Source of the DNA: Kiritimatiellales bacterium
Lineage (GTDB): Bacteria > Verrucomicrobiota > Kiritimatiellia > Kiritimatiellales > Tichowtungiaceae
Direction: 5' to 3'
NCBI GenBank assembly: GCA_041661845.1
Contig: JBAZTQ010000001.1
Coordinates: forward strand, 11,361-75,360
DNA length: 64,000 bases
The notes beneath the pieces were generated by a model. That model was not told where the DNA came from and searched no databases. It saw only the letters and a program-made list of their open reading frames with translations. How positions within the stretch are numbered: position 1 is the first letter of the stretch; each line of letters starts with the position of its first letter. Shown here one piece after another: positions 15,838-24,492 of the stretch. The translations under genes and the position numbers were made by a program.

Positions 15838-18720
15838 ATGCGAGTCCGTTTTTTTGCCGTTCCGGCCGTCTGTCTGTTTTTTTGTGCATCGGTTTTTTCT
15901 CAGGAAGAAACAGGGAGCCGCACCGTGCGGGTGGCTTTCGGCAGTGCAATGACCGGACCGGTTCATGACACATCGGTACAGGAAAGCGACCGGTTTTTCA
16001 GAGAACTTTTCGAACACATCGCCGTGCAGGAAAAATGGAATCCCCGGTATCAAAAACAGTCCGGCCCCGGTTTGCCGCCGGATGACGGCGGAGGTGCCGA
16101 TCTGATTTTGGGGATGGCGTACACCGATAAGACGTCAGGCCGGTTCCGGTTTTCCAAAGAGACAATTCTGTCAACCTGGGGCGAAGTGGCGGCTTCCGAC
16201 CGGTTGAAAATCAGTACATTTATGGATCTGGCAGGCAGCACCGTCGGTCTGGTGCAGGGCGATTTGTATAATGAGGCGTTCCGGCGGATTATCAGCAGTC
16301 TGAATATAGAGTGCCGTTTTATCGAGTTCAGCGATTATGAACAGATTCTCGCTGCACTGAAACGCGGCTGGGTGGATGCCGGGGTTTTTGATCATCTCGG
16401 CGCCCGCGGAACTGCGCTGCCGGAGGGCGCAGCGATCACGCCCATTATTTTTTCGCCAGTGGCCTTGCGGTTTGCCCAGCCGCTTGAAGCCGATCCGCAG
16501 CTGCTGGAGGTTGTGGACTACCAGCTGACACAGCTGAAGAAAACACGGGGCTCGGCGTACTATCAGTTGATGGAAGCGTTTTTTGACAAGGAGCGGCCGG
16601 CTAAAATTTCTCCGCTGGTCTTCTGGCTGCTGGGAGGCGCCGGCCTGCTGGCCTGCTGGCTGGGCGCTTTCAGCTGGATTCTTCATCGCCGGGTGCGGGG
16701 AAAAACACGGGAACTGTTTGATAAGAACAGGGATCTTGAAAACAGCCGATCCCGGCTTCAACTGGCGCTGGATGTGGCAAATGACGGACTGTGGGATCTG
16801 GATGTGCGTTCAGGCCGTCTGTATATGAGTCCCCGCTGGCACACCATGCTCGGCTATGAACAGGGCGACATAGAGCCTGATTACCATTCGATGGCGGACA
16901 TCGTTCATCCGGATGACCGGCAGGCGGTGGAACAGGGCATGCAGTCTCTGGAGAGAACGGTTTATTCCGTTTTCGATCTCGATTACCGGCTTCGGATGAA
17001 AGATGGCGGCTGGAAATGGGTCGCCTCGCGGGCAAAAGCGGTGGAACGCTCGCCGGGAGGAGAACCTCTGCGTATTGTCGGAACGATTCTGGACATCGAC
17101 TCCCGCAAAGCGACCGAATTCGAGCTGGCCGAAGCAAAATTCAGGGCAGAGGCGGCCAGTGTGGCGAAGAGTTCATTTTTGGCTCACATGAGCCATGAGT
17201 TGCGTACTCCGCTGAATGCGGTGATCGGTCTGACCAGTTTATTAATGCGCTCGGAGATGGATGACGAGCAGCATGAACAGGTTAAAACGGTTCAGGCAAG
17301 CGGCGAGATGCTTCTCACACTGATCAATGACATTCTTGATATTTCCAAGGTGGAGGCCGGTGAACTCAAGCTGGAGCATCACATCTTCAATCTGCGCAGG
17401 TGCGTCGAATCCGCCGTGGATTTGGTGGCTTCGCGCGCCGACGAAAAACGGCTGGAATTCAGCTATCATGTGGAGCCGGAGGTTCCGGTTAATATCATCG
17501 GAGATATCGTGCGGTTGCGCCAGATCCTGCTGAATCTGTTGAACAACGCCGTCAAGTTTACGGAGCGCGGCGAGGTCGCTCTGACGATCCGGTCCGTACC
17601 GCATCCGGAATCCGGCAAATGCAATATTCATTTCACGGTTCGCGATACCGGCATCGGCATTTCGTCCGGGCAGATGCAGTACATCTTTCAGCCGTTCCGG
17701 CAGGCAGACTCTTCGACAACCCGCCGCTACGGCGGAACCGGTCTGGGGCTGACGATTTGCGATAAACTTGTCCGGTTGATGCACGGCACGGTGGAGGTCG
17801 AGAGTGTGCCGGGGAAGGGCAGCAGCTTCGGTTTCAATATTGAAGCCGGCGTGGCGGCGGCAGAAGCCGGCGAACAGGATCAAAGCCTCAAAAACAATCT
17901 GCCGGCGCTGCTGGACAAACAGGTTCTGGTGGTGGACGACAACGCGACAAACCGTTGTATTCTGGAAAAATATCTCCGGTTGTGGGGGGCGAATCCGGTC
18001 ATGGCCTCCTCCGGATTTGAAGCGCTGGCGATTCTTGAAAATCATCCGCCGTTTGCGTTTGCTCTTCTCGATATGGCGATGCCGGGGATGGACGGAATGG
18101 AACTGGCCCGCACCATTCGCGACCGGCCTGCGTTCAAAAAATTCCCAATGATTATGCTCACCTCGGCCATGGGGCACGATGATGAATTCAAAAGTTTTGA
18201 CTTTGCAGGGGTTCTTTTTAAACCGGTCAAACCGGCTGTCCTTTGTAAAACTGTTCTGCGCATTTTTTCCAGACAGCCTGTTCGGGAACAGGCCGGAAAA
18301 AGCGCCTCTGTTTCGGTGGATGAAACGAGGCCGCTGCGTATTTTGATGGCAGAGGACAATCCGATCAACCAGAGAGTCTGTGCGCTGCTGCTCGGAAAGC
18401 TGGGTTTTACGGCCGATGTGGCGGCGAACGGTGAAGAGGCTCTGCTGGCAGTGGAGCGTTCTTCGTATGATGTGATCCTGATGGATGTGCAGATGCCGGT
18501 TATGGGCGGACTGGAGGCGACACAGGAGATTTGCCGGCGGTGGCCGGAAAAAATCCGTCCCTATATCATCGGCGTTTCGGCTCATGCCATGCCGGAAGAA
18601 CGCGAGCGGGCATTAAGTTATGGAATGAACGATTATCTTTCCAAGCCGTTCAATATTGATGAACTGCGCTACGCTTTGCTGAAAGTCCCGTCACGGCTGC
18701 CCGATTTAGAGACGGCTTGA
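15838..18720 (+). CDS. Hybrid sensor histidine kinase (periplasmic SBP-like domain, TM, PAS, HisKA, HATPase, two REC domains)
   Basis: H-box FLAHMSHELRTPLNAV. HATPase motifs NLLNNAVKFT and DTGIGI...GGTGLGL. REC1 is VLVVDDNATN...LLDMAMPGMDG and REC2 is ILMAEDNPINQ...ILMDVQMPVMGG...SKPF. I chose the ATG at 15838, 1 nt after the pstS-like stop. Confidence 0.9.
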   Translation: MRVRFFAVPAVCLFFCASVFSQEETGSRTVRVAFGSAMTGPVHDTSVQESDRFFRELFEHIAVQEKWNPRYQKQSGPGLPPDDGGGADLILGMAYTDKTSGRFRFSKETILSTWGEVAASDRLKISTFMDLAGSTVGLVQGDLYNEAFRRIISSLNIECRFIEFSDYEQILAALKRGWVDAGVFDHLGARGTALPEGAAITPIIFSPVALRFAQPLEADPQLLEVVDYQLTQLKKTRGSAYYQLMEAFFDKERPAKISPLVFWLLGGAGLLACWLGAFSWILHRRVRGKTRELFDKNRDLENSRSRLQLALDVANDGLWDLDVRSGRLYMSPRWHTMLGYEQGDIEPDYHSMADIVHPDDRQAVEQGMQSLERTVYSVFDLDYRLRMKDGGWKWVASRAKAVERSPGGEPLRIVGTILDIDSRKATEFELAEAKFRAEAASVAKSSFLAHMSHELRTPLNAVIGLTSLLMRSEMDDEQHEQVKTVQASGEMLLTLINDILDISKVEAGELKLEHHIFNLRRCVESAVDLVASRADEKRLEFSYHVEPEVPVNIIGDIVRLRQILLNLLNNAVKFTERGEVALTIRSVPHPESGKCNIHFTVRDTGIGISSGQMQYIFQPFRQADSSTTRRYGGTGLGLTICDKLVRLMHGTVEVESVPGKGSSFGFNIEAGVAAAEAGEQDQSLKNNLPALLDKQVLVVDDNATNRCILEKYLRLWGANPVMASSGFEALAILENHPPFAFALLDMAMPGMDGMELARTIRDRPAFKKFPMIMLTSAMGHDDEFKSFDFAGVLFKPVKPAVLCKTVLRIFSRQPVREQAGKSASVSVDETRPLRILMAEDNPINQRVCALLLGKLGFTADVAANGEEALLAVERSSYDVILMDVQMPVMGGLEATQEICRRWPEKIRPYIIGVSAHAMPEERERALSYGMNDYLSKPFNIDELRYALLKVPSRLPDLETA

Positions 18721-18799
18721 TTTTTCTTCTAAAAACCGCGGGCGGGGATAAAGTACGCTTTTTGAATGCAGGGAGAAGTGTCTGTCTGCCGGAGAGTGT

Positions 18800-20083
18800 A
18801 TGAAAGAAATGAAGACAACCGTACCGCATGCGCAGGAACGCGCGCTGCTGGTCGGCGTGATGGTGCGCGGGCGGAATGACGAGCGGGATGTCAAAGATAC
18901 GCTCGACGAGCTGGCGCAGCTGACCGGAAGCGCGGGCGCGGAAGTGCTCGTCCGGATGCTCTGCAAACAGTCCAAAGTTCATGCCGCCCATTTCATCGGC
19001 AAGGGCAAAGTGGATGAACTGGCGCAGATGGCGAAGGACACCGGCGCCAATCTGGTGATTTTCGACGAAGATCTTTCTCCGGCGCAGGGCCGTAATCTGG
19101 AAGAAGTGCTCGCCGTGCGCGTGCTCGACCGTACGCAGCTGATTCTCGACATTTTCGCCAAGCGGGCGAGGACGCGCGAAGGCTGTTTGCAGGTTCAGCT
19201 GGCGCAGCATCGTTACCTGCTTCCCCGTTTGCGCCGGATGTGGACGCATCTGGAGCGGCAGGCGGGCGGTATCGGTCTGAAAGGGCCGGGCGAAACGCAG
19301 ATCGAAATGGACCGCCGCAGTATTCAGAATCTGATCCGCACGCTGACGCATGAGCTGGAGCTGGTGCGTACACGCCGCGCGGAACAGCGGCGCGGACGCC
19401 AGCGCCATGGCTGGGCGCTGGTTTCCATCGTCGGCTATACCAATGCCGGTAAATCCACACTGCTCAACCGGCTGGCGGGCGCGGATATTTATGCCGAAAA
19501 CCAGCTTTTCGCCACGCTCGACCCGACGACACGGCAGGTGGAACTGCCAAACCGCGAACCATGTCTCATGACCGATACCGTCGGATTCATCCGCAAACTG
19601 CCGCACCATCTGGTGGATTCGTTCAAAGCGACGCTCGAAGAAGTCGTCGAAGCCGATCTGATTCTTCATGTGATCGACTGCGCGCATCCGCAGGTCGAAC
19701 AGCAGATCGACGCGGTTCATGCGGTCATGCAGGAGATCGGCGCGGACGACAAGCCGGTGCTTTATGTGCTGAACAAGATTGATCAGGAAGAGGGGCGGCA
19801 CGCCGCGAGCCGGCTGTCGCACACTATCGGCCGTTCTGCGGCAGTTTCGGCGATTACCGGCGAAGGCGTTGAGAACCTGCTGAACGAACTGGCCGACTGC
19901 CTGAAAGGCGATAAGCAGGTGATGAAACTGGCTATTCCGCTCAGCGAAGGCCGTCTGCTGGCGCAGTTAAAGCAGTCGGCGACGGTGCTCGAAGAAAAAT
20001 ATGAAGGCGAATTCGCCGAACTGCTCGTCCGCGTTCCCGTTCTGCTTATTCCGCGCTGCGAGCCGTATAAAGTAGAAGGCTGA
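18800..20083 (+). CDS. hflX: GTPase HflX
   Basis: 427 aa. ...GKGKVDEL..., [28 protein letters not shown], and G-motifs [16 protein letters not shown] and NKID. Confidence 0.9.
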   Translation: MKEMKTTVPHAQERALLVGVMVRGRNDERDVKDTLDELAQLTGSAGAEVLVRMLCKQSKVHAAHFIGKGKVDELAQMAKDTGANLVIFDEDLSPAQGRNLEEVLAVRVLDRTQLILDIFAKRARTREGCLQVQLAQHRYLLPRLRRMWTHLERQAGGIGLKGPGETQIEMDRRSIQNLIRTLTHELELVRTRRAEQRRGRQRHGWALVSIVGYTNAGKSTLLNRLAGADIYAENQLFATLDPTTRQVELPNREPCLMTDTVGFIRKLPHHLVDSFKATLEEVVEADLILHVIDCAHPQVEQQIDAVHAVMQEIGADDKPVLYVLNKIDQEEGRHAASRLSHTIGRSAAVSAITGEGVENLLNELADCLKGDKQVMKLAIPLSEGRLLAQLKQSATVLEEKYEGEFAELLVRVPVLLIPRCEPYKVEG

Positions 20084-20436
20084 ATTTCAGGGAAGTTTTA
20101 ATACTGCCCAAAACAGGCAGACAGTTACCAAAGACTTATGGTAAGCATGCTGCCATGACTTCTGTGTACAGCTACGACCGGCAGACCGCTTCGTAGGCGA
20201 TAATGCCGCGCACGCACTTTTTATCCAGCGCGTCGTCCGGTACATTCAGTTCGCCGAGGGAGTCTTTTTATTTTCTCATGCGCAACCTTTTAACCGGTTC
20301 CGGCGGGTTTTGACATCCAAAAAATTCATGGGTCGTTCATCCTGTTCAGAATATTCCGCCGTACACTTCCAAAGTCTGATTTAATCCGGTAAAACAAATG
20401 CCAATCGGACCGGAATTCTCAGCATAAGAGGAAACC

Positions 20437-21189
20437 ATGGCAAAAATACGACCCAGCGGCGGCTATCGGGAGACCTGCAGTTTTCAAACCTCGACTCTGA
20501 TCTATGATGCCACCGTCTGGTTTTGCGAAAAGTTTATCGATCCGCACTCCCGCACAGTGGATCAAATGGTGCAGGCCGCCCGCTCCGGACGGCAGAATAT
20601 CGCCAAAGGCAGCCGCGCCGCCGCGACCTCTTCGCAAACCGAACTCCGGCTGGTGAACGTCGCCCGCGCCAGCCTTGAAGAACTCCTGCTCGACTACGAA
20701 GATTTTCTGCGCCACCGCCACCTCGCACAGTGGGCCCCCGACAGCACCGAAGCGCTGGCCGTGCGCAATGTTCCCCGCAATTTCAAACAGGATTCTCCCG
20801 ATCAGTCCAATCTGACATCTCTGTCTGATCAAGAGCGCTGGACACTCTATTCCCGCTGGCTGGAGCACGCCGACTCTGCCGTGCGGGCCAACGCCCTGAT
20901 CTGTCTGATCAACCAGGCCAATTACCTGCTCGACCAGCAGATTGCCGCGCTCGAAAAGCAGTTTATCGAAGGCGGCGGCTATAGTGAACAACTCGCCACC
21001 GCCCGGCTGACGGAGCGCAGCCGCAAGCGTGAGCCGTCGGAGCGGCCCAATCCGCCGGCTCAAATTCCCTCTTGCCCGAAATGCGGAAAACCAACGGTGC
21101 TGCGCACTGCGAAAAGCGGCAAAACCGCCGGCAAACAGTTCTGGGGCTGCACCGGCTATCCCGACTGCAAAGGAGTCGTTAACATTTGA
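20437..21189 (+). CDS. Four-helix-bundle (23S rRNA IVS-protein family) protein with a C-terminal topoisomerase-type C4 zinc ribbon
   Basis: N-terminus ...FQTSTLIYDATVWFCEKF...QMVQAARSGRQNIAKGS...SLEELLLDYEDFLRH. C-terminus CPKCGKPTVLRTAKSGKTAGKQFWGCTGYPDCKG. Confidence 0.65.
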   Translation: MAKIRPSGGYRETCSFQTSTLIYDATVWFCEKFIDPHSRTVDQMVQAARSGRQNIAKGSRAAATSSQTELRLVNVARASLEELLLDYEDFLRHRHLAQWAPDSTEALAVRNVPRNFKQDSPDQSNLTSLSDQERWTLYSRWLEHADSAVRANALICLINQANYLLDQQIAALEKQFIEGGGYSEQLATARLTERSRKREPSERPNPPAQIPSCPKCGKPTVLRTAKSGKTAGKQFWGCTGYPDCKGVVNI

Positions 21190-21274
21190 CGAAACCGTCC
21201 AATCCTCACGATCCGTCCAATCGGGCGAATTCGTCCGCCAAACCGCTGACACCGGACACCCTTGCGAGCCTTTT

Positions 21275-21527
21275 TGCACAGGCAGGGATGCCTGTGCACA
21301 AAGGTGGAAGCGGCATCCTTGCCGCTGGATTGAAATTGAGGTGGAGCGGGCACTCCGTGCACGCTTCTTGTTTAAAACGCGCCGGGACGGCGCGTTCCAC
21401 CTTATCTTGCATCTGTAGGCCGGGTGACCGCACCCGGCGAAAACGCCCGCTGATGGCAGCGGGCCTACATTTTTTGGATTGGCTCGTAGAGCCAACGCTA
21501 CAATGTAGAGTCGGCTCTCAGAGCCGA
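21275..21527. repeat. Cluster of six GC-rich hairpins, including a GTAG/CTAC-bounded double hairpin (REP/REPIN-like)
   Basis: Hairpins: tgcacaggca-ggga-tgcctgtgca (21275-21298), agcggca-tcct-tgccgct (21309-21326) and aacgcgcc-gggac-ggcgcgtt (21376-21396). Next is tgtaggcc[ccgggtg..cacccgg][gcccgctg..cagcgggc]ggcctaca (21414-21469), followed by TTTTTT. The last two are ggctc-gta-gagcc (21481-21493) and tcggctc-tca-gagccga (21511-21527). Confidence 0.8.
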
Positions 21528-22403
21528 TTACGGAGCCAGTTCGACCTGAACGCGGTAGAAACGGAAGCCGTCGGTTCCGGCGTTGGTGTAGGAGAGCGTT
21601 CCGGCGACACCGGTGAAGCTGGTGATGGAGGTAAAGGTCTCGGTGAGGTTGGTTGCGCCTTTGACGGTATAAACGCGGCCGGTGGCGGAATGCCAACTCA
21701 GGGCGGAGTCCGCAACGGTGATGCGGAAGAAAGAGTTGGAGCTGTTTGGATCGCTATCGGCAATATATTCCTGCCAGTTGGCGAAGCCGTCACTATCATT
21801 GTCATCCAGAGCCGCCGCCGCATAGCTGGCGGAACTGTTGGTGTCGGCCACCAGATTATGATCTTTCAGCCAGCCGAACGAAGTGCCGTTGGTGGAGGTT
21901 TGGGAGCGGGTGATGGGAACCGTAACGTCTAATGTTTGCGTTGGGCCTTCATTTGAAAGTCCATAGCTTCCAGCCTGTTCATTCCCTATTACAAGGCTCT
22001 TATCAATATAAGCAAAAAAAGTTGTTGGGAATCCTGGAGGAAGTGCTTCCCCATTAGCATTTATCTCAAAATAACTAGTGCTACCGGGTGAAAAAGCCCA
22101 CCCGTCAGGAAAGTCAACGTTATCAAAACCGTACATGCCTTTAGAAACTAAGTCTGACTGTACAGAATAGCCCCACACTAAATCATTTATACCGCCACCT
22201 TGTCCGCTCTGATTAAAAATGATCCATCCATATTTTAATTGATCCCCCTGCATATTCGGATCTTGGTCTTCCTCTCCTCCGTAAGAACCACCAGAAATAA
22301 CTGTATTTGCATAAGCTAAGGTAGTTGCTTTCGCGTTCATCGGCATCAAAAGCACCAGACCGGCCAGAACGAGCCACACTGAATGGGTGAAGAAAAGTTT
22401 CAT
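21528..22403 (-). CDS. Secreted protein with a DxDxDG calcium-binding-type motif and a conserved C-terminal beta-rich tail; variable AT-rich N-terminal half
   Basis: Signal peptide MKLFFTHSVWLVLAGLVLLMPMNAKA. The motif DDNDSDGFANWQEYIADSDPNSSNS is TSP3/dockerin-like. The C-terminus is ...GRVYTVKGATNL...FRFYRVQVELAP. Confidence 0.65.
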   Translation of the reverse strand: MKLFFTHSVWLVLAGLVLLMPMNAKATTLAYANTVISGGSYGGEEDQDPNMQGDQLKYGWIIFNQSGQGGGINDLVWGYSVQSDLVSKGMYGFDNVDFPDGWAFSPGSTSYFEINANGEALPPGFPTTFFAYIDKSLVIGNEQAGSYGLSNEGPTQTLDVTVPITRSQTSTNGTSFGWLKDHNLVADTNSSASYAAAALDDNDSDGFANWQEYIADSDPNSSNSFFRITVADSALSWHSATGRVYTVKGATNLTETFTSITSFTGVAGTLSYTNAGTDGFRFYRVQVELAP

Positions 22404-22475
22404 ACGGAGGTGCCGCCTCTTCTATACCTCTCCACTCGTCAGTTCAACTGGAAAATCAGCTCCGTTCCATTTTCC

Positions 22476-22546
22476 AACGTAGACGCGGTGTCCTCACCGC
22501 GTTATCCGTTGCGCATGAAACGCGGTGAGGACACCGCGTCTACGTT
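22476..22546. repeat. Perfect 28-bp inverted repeat with a 15-nt spacer (GTAG-headed REPIN-like element)
   Basis: The arms are aacgtagacgcggtgtcctcaccgcgtt (22476-22503) and aacgcggtgaggacaccgcgtctacgtt (22519-22546). Each arm contains its own hairpin gcggtg-tcct-caccgc. It lies between the recN stop and the start of the next gene. Confidence 0.9.
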
Positions 22547-22565
22547 AATACGGCACGTTCCACCT

Positions 22566-24236
22566 TTAAAAATTCTTATTCTGCAGCAGTTCCTGCGCAT
22601 GTCGGAGGGTGACCTTTGTGAGATCTTTTCCGCCGAGCATGCGGGCGATTTCTTCGGTACGCTCGGTGCCGGTCAGCGGTGTAATCTGCGTGAAGGTGCG
22701 GCCGTCCTGTACCCGTTTGGCGACGGCGTAGTGCGCGGCGCCACAGACGGCGACTTGCGGCAGATGGGTAATGGCGATAACCTGATGGGTCTGGCCTACC
22801 TGAGCCAGCTTGTCGCCGACGGCGTTGGCGATTTCGCCGCCGACGTTGGCGTCGATTTCGTCAAAGACGAGCAGGGGAATCCGGTCGTGGCGCGCCAGTA
22901 CGGCTTTGACGGCTAGCATGACGCGTGAAATTTCACCGCTGGAAGCAATCGCCCTCAGCGGACGCATGGTTTCACCGGCGTTGGGGGCGAAGCCGAATTC
23001 GATTTCGTCCATGCCGGAAGCGGTCGGTTCGTCGGCATCCAGCAGTTGAACTTCAAAGAGTCCGTGTTCGAAACCGAGGTCGCGCAGTTCGGTGGTAATC
23101 GCGTCGGCCAGTTCGCTGGCGACCTTCTGCCGTTTTTTACGCAGAGAGCGTCCGGCTTTTTCTGTTTCAGTCAGCGCGGCGGCGCGGTCGGTGCCGACGG
23201 CAGTGCGCTGTTCATCGCGGGATTGCAGGTCTTTGAGCCGCGCTTCCCATTCATCCAGTTTGACGAGGACTTCCGGAACGGTCGGGGCGTATTTGCGTTT
23301 AAAGCTGCGGTAGAGAGAAAGGCGTTCATCAAGGAACTGCAACCGTTCCGGCCCGGCGTTAATGTCTTCGACCGCGCTCTGGATGGCGGCGGAAATTTCC
23401 TGCGCGGTGCGCGCAGCGCCTTCAAGTTCTTCAGCCCATGCTTCGGCGTCCGGCATATATTTTGCCAGCTGGGTGCAGGCTTTGCGGGCGGCGGCGAGTC
23501 CTTCCATGGCGGAGTATTCGGCTTCGGTCAGTCCGCCGACGGCGGTTTGCGCCAGTTCGAGAATGTTCTGCGCATTGGCGATCTGTTCGTGTTCCTGCTG
23601 AACGGCGGTTTCATCCTCTTCAGAAATTTTGGCCTCTTCGATTTCTTTGACCTTCCACGAGAGCAGGTCGATCTGTTCGGCGAGGCCGGACTCGTCGATA
23701 TTGGAAAGTTCCTGGAACCGTTTTTCCAGCGTCTGGAACCGTTTGTATTTTTCCTGATAGGCCGCGCGGTCGGCGGCGAGCTGACCAAAGGCGTCGAGGA
23801 TGTCCATCTGCGCGTCGGTTTTCAGCAGCGACTGGTGGTCGTACGGGCCGTGCATATCGACCAGTACGTCGCCGAGCGCTTTGAGGACGGGCAGGGTGAC
23901 CGGCGAGTCGTTGATCAGATTTTTTGAACTGCTCTCGGTGATGGTGCGGCGGATGATGAGCTGGCCGTCTTCGCACGGCGGCAGGCCGACCGCTTCGAGC
24001 GCGGCGTTGACGTCCGTCGGGTCGGCCAGTTCAAAAACCGCTTCGATGTTGCAGACGGTTTCGCCGGTGCGGATGAGCGATTTGTCGGCCCGTTCGCCGA
24101 GCACCAGCCGGAGCGCGCCGATCAGGAGCGATTTACCCGCGCCGGTTTCGCCGGTGATGACGTTGAGTCCGTTTTCAAACGAGACGGCGAGGCTGTCCAC
24201 CAGCGCCAGATTACGGATATTCAGACGGCTCAACAT
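22566..24236 (-). CDS. recN: DNA repair protein RecN
   Basis: MLSRLNIRNLALVDSLAVSFENGLNVITGETGAGKSLLIGAL... (Walker A) and a C-terminal ...LLVFDEIDANVGG... (Walker B). I chose the ATG at 24236; the track ORF extends to 24284. Confidence 0.9.
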   Translation of the reverse strand: MLSRLNIRNLALVDSLAVSFENGLNVITGETGAGKSLLIGALRLVLGERADKSLIRTGETVCNIEAVFELADPTDVNAALEAVGLPPCEDGQLIIRRTITESSSKNLINDSPVTLPVLKALGDVLVDMHGPYDHQSLLKTDAQMDILDAFGQLAADRAAYQEKYKRFQTLEKRFQELSNIDESGLAEQIDLLSWKVKEIEEAKISEEDETAVQQEHEQIANAQNILELAQTAVGGLTEAEYSAMEGLAAARKACTQLAKYMPDAEAWAEELEGAARTAQEISAAIQSAVEDINAGPERLQFLDERLSLYRSFKRKYAPTVPEVLVKLDEWEARLKDLQSRDEQRTAVGTDRAAALTETEKAGRSLRKKRQKVASELADAITTELRDLGFEHGLFEVQLLDADEPTASGMDEIEFGFAPNAGETMRPLRAIASSGEISRVMLAVKAVLARHDRIPLLVFDEIDANVGGEIANAVGDKLAQVGQTHQVIAITHLPQVAVCGAAHYAVAKRVQDGRTFTQITPLTGTERTEEIARMLGGKDLTKVTLRHAQELLQNKNF

Positions 24237-24306
24237 GCCGCGCATCATTCCAGATTTACGCCCGTCCCGACAAGCGGGAAACATGAACGCTCTTTAAGAC
24301 TGCAAG

Positions 24307-24393
24307 GCCGGCTGGAAGCCGGCGGTACGGAAGACAGGGCCGCCGGGACGGCGGCGGTACAGATAGCGTATCGCAACCGTCCCGGTTGCCTTG
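24307..24393. repeat. Two direct copies of [GC hairpin + GGTAC], followed by the conserved 22-nt block shared with 10478-10499
   Basis: gccggc-tggaa-gccggc-ggtac (24307-24328), gccgcc-gggac-ggcggc-ggtac (24339-24360), then cgtatcgcaaccgtcccggttg (24367-24388). Confidence 0.75.
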
Positions 24394-24492
24394 TCTCATC
24401 TTCAGCGGATTATCCCGGCCGGTAAAAAATCAGGACAAAGGTTTCAATGGCGGGAAAATCCTGTAAAAGCTTCAAAGAAGCAGGAGGGTTCT

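Noticed and set aside
17242-19822. 447-aa and 390-aa minus-strand ORFs.
   Set aside because: They are antisense to the hybrid histidine kinase and to hflX, both of which have unambiguous motifs on the plus strand.
20165-20290. Possible gene remnant on the minus strand: ATG AGA AAA TAA then KDSLGELNVPDDALDKKCVRGIIAYEAVCRS. The KDSLGELNVPDDAL part recalls the N-terminus of class II fumarase/aspartase.
   Set aside because: Only about 15 residues resemble the family, there is an in-frame stop after 3 codons, and the similarity ends abruptly. This is too weak to call a pseudogene. A BLASTX of 20084-20436 would settle it.
20419-21932. 425-aa minus-strand ORF and 248-aa plus-strand ORF spanning the four-helix-bundle gene and the hairpin cluster.
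   Set aside because: They run through palindromic non-coding repeats, which read open in both directions. They are also antisense to better-supported genes.
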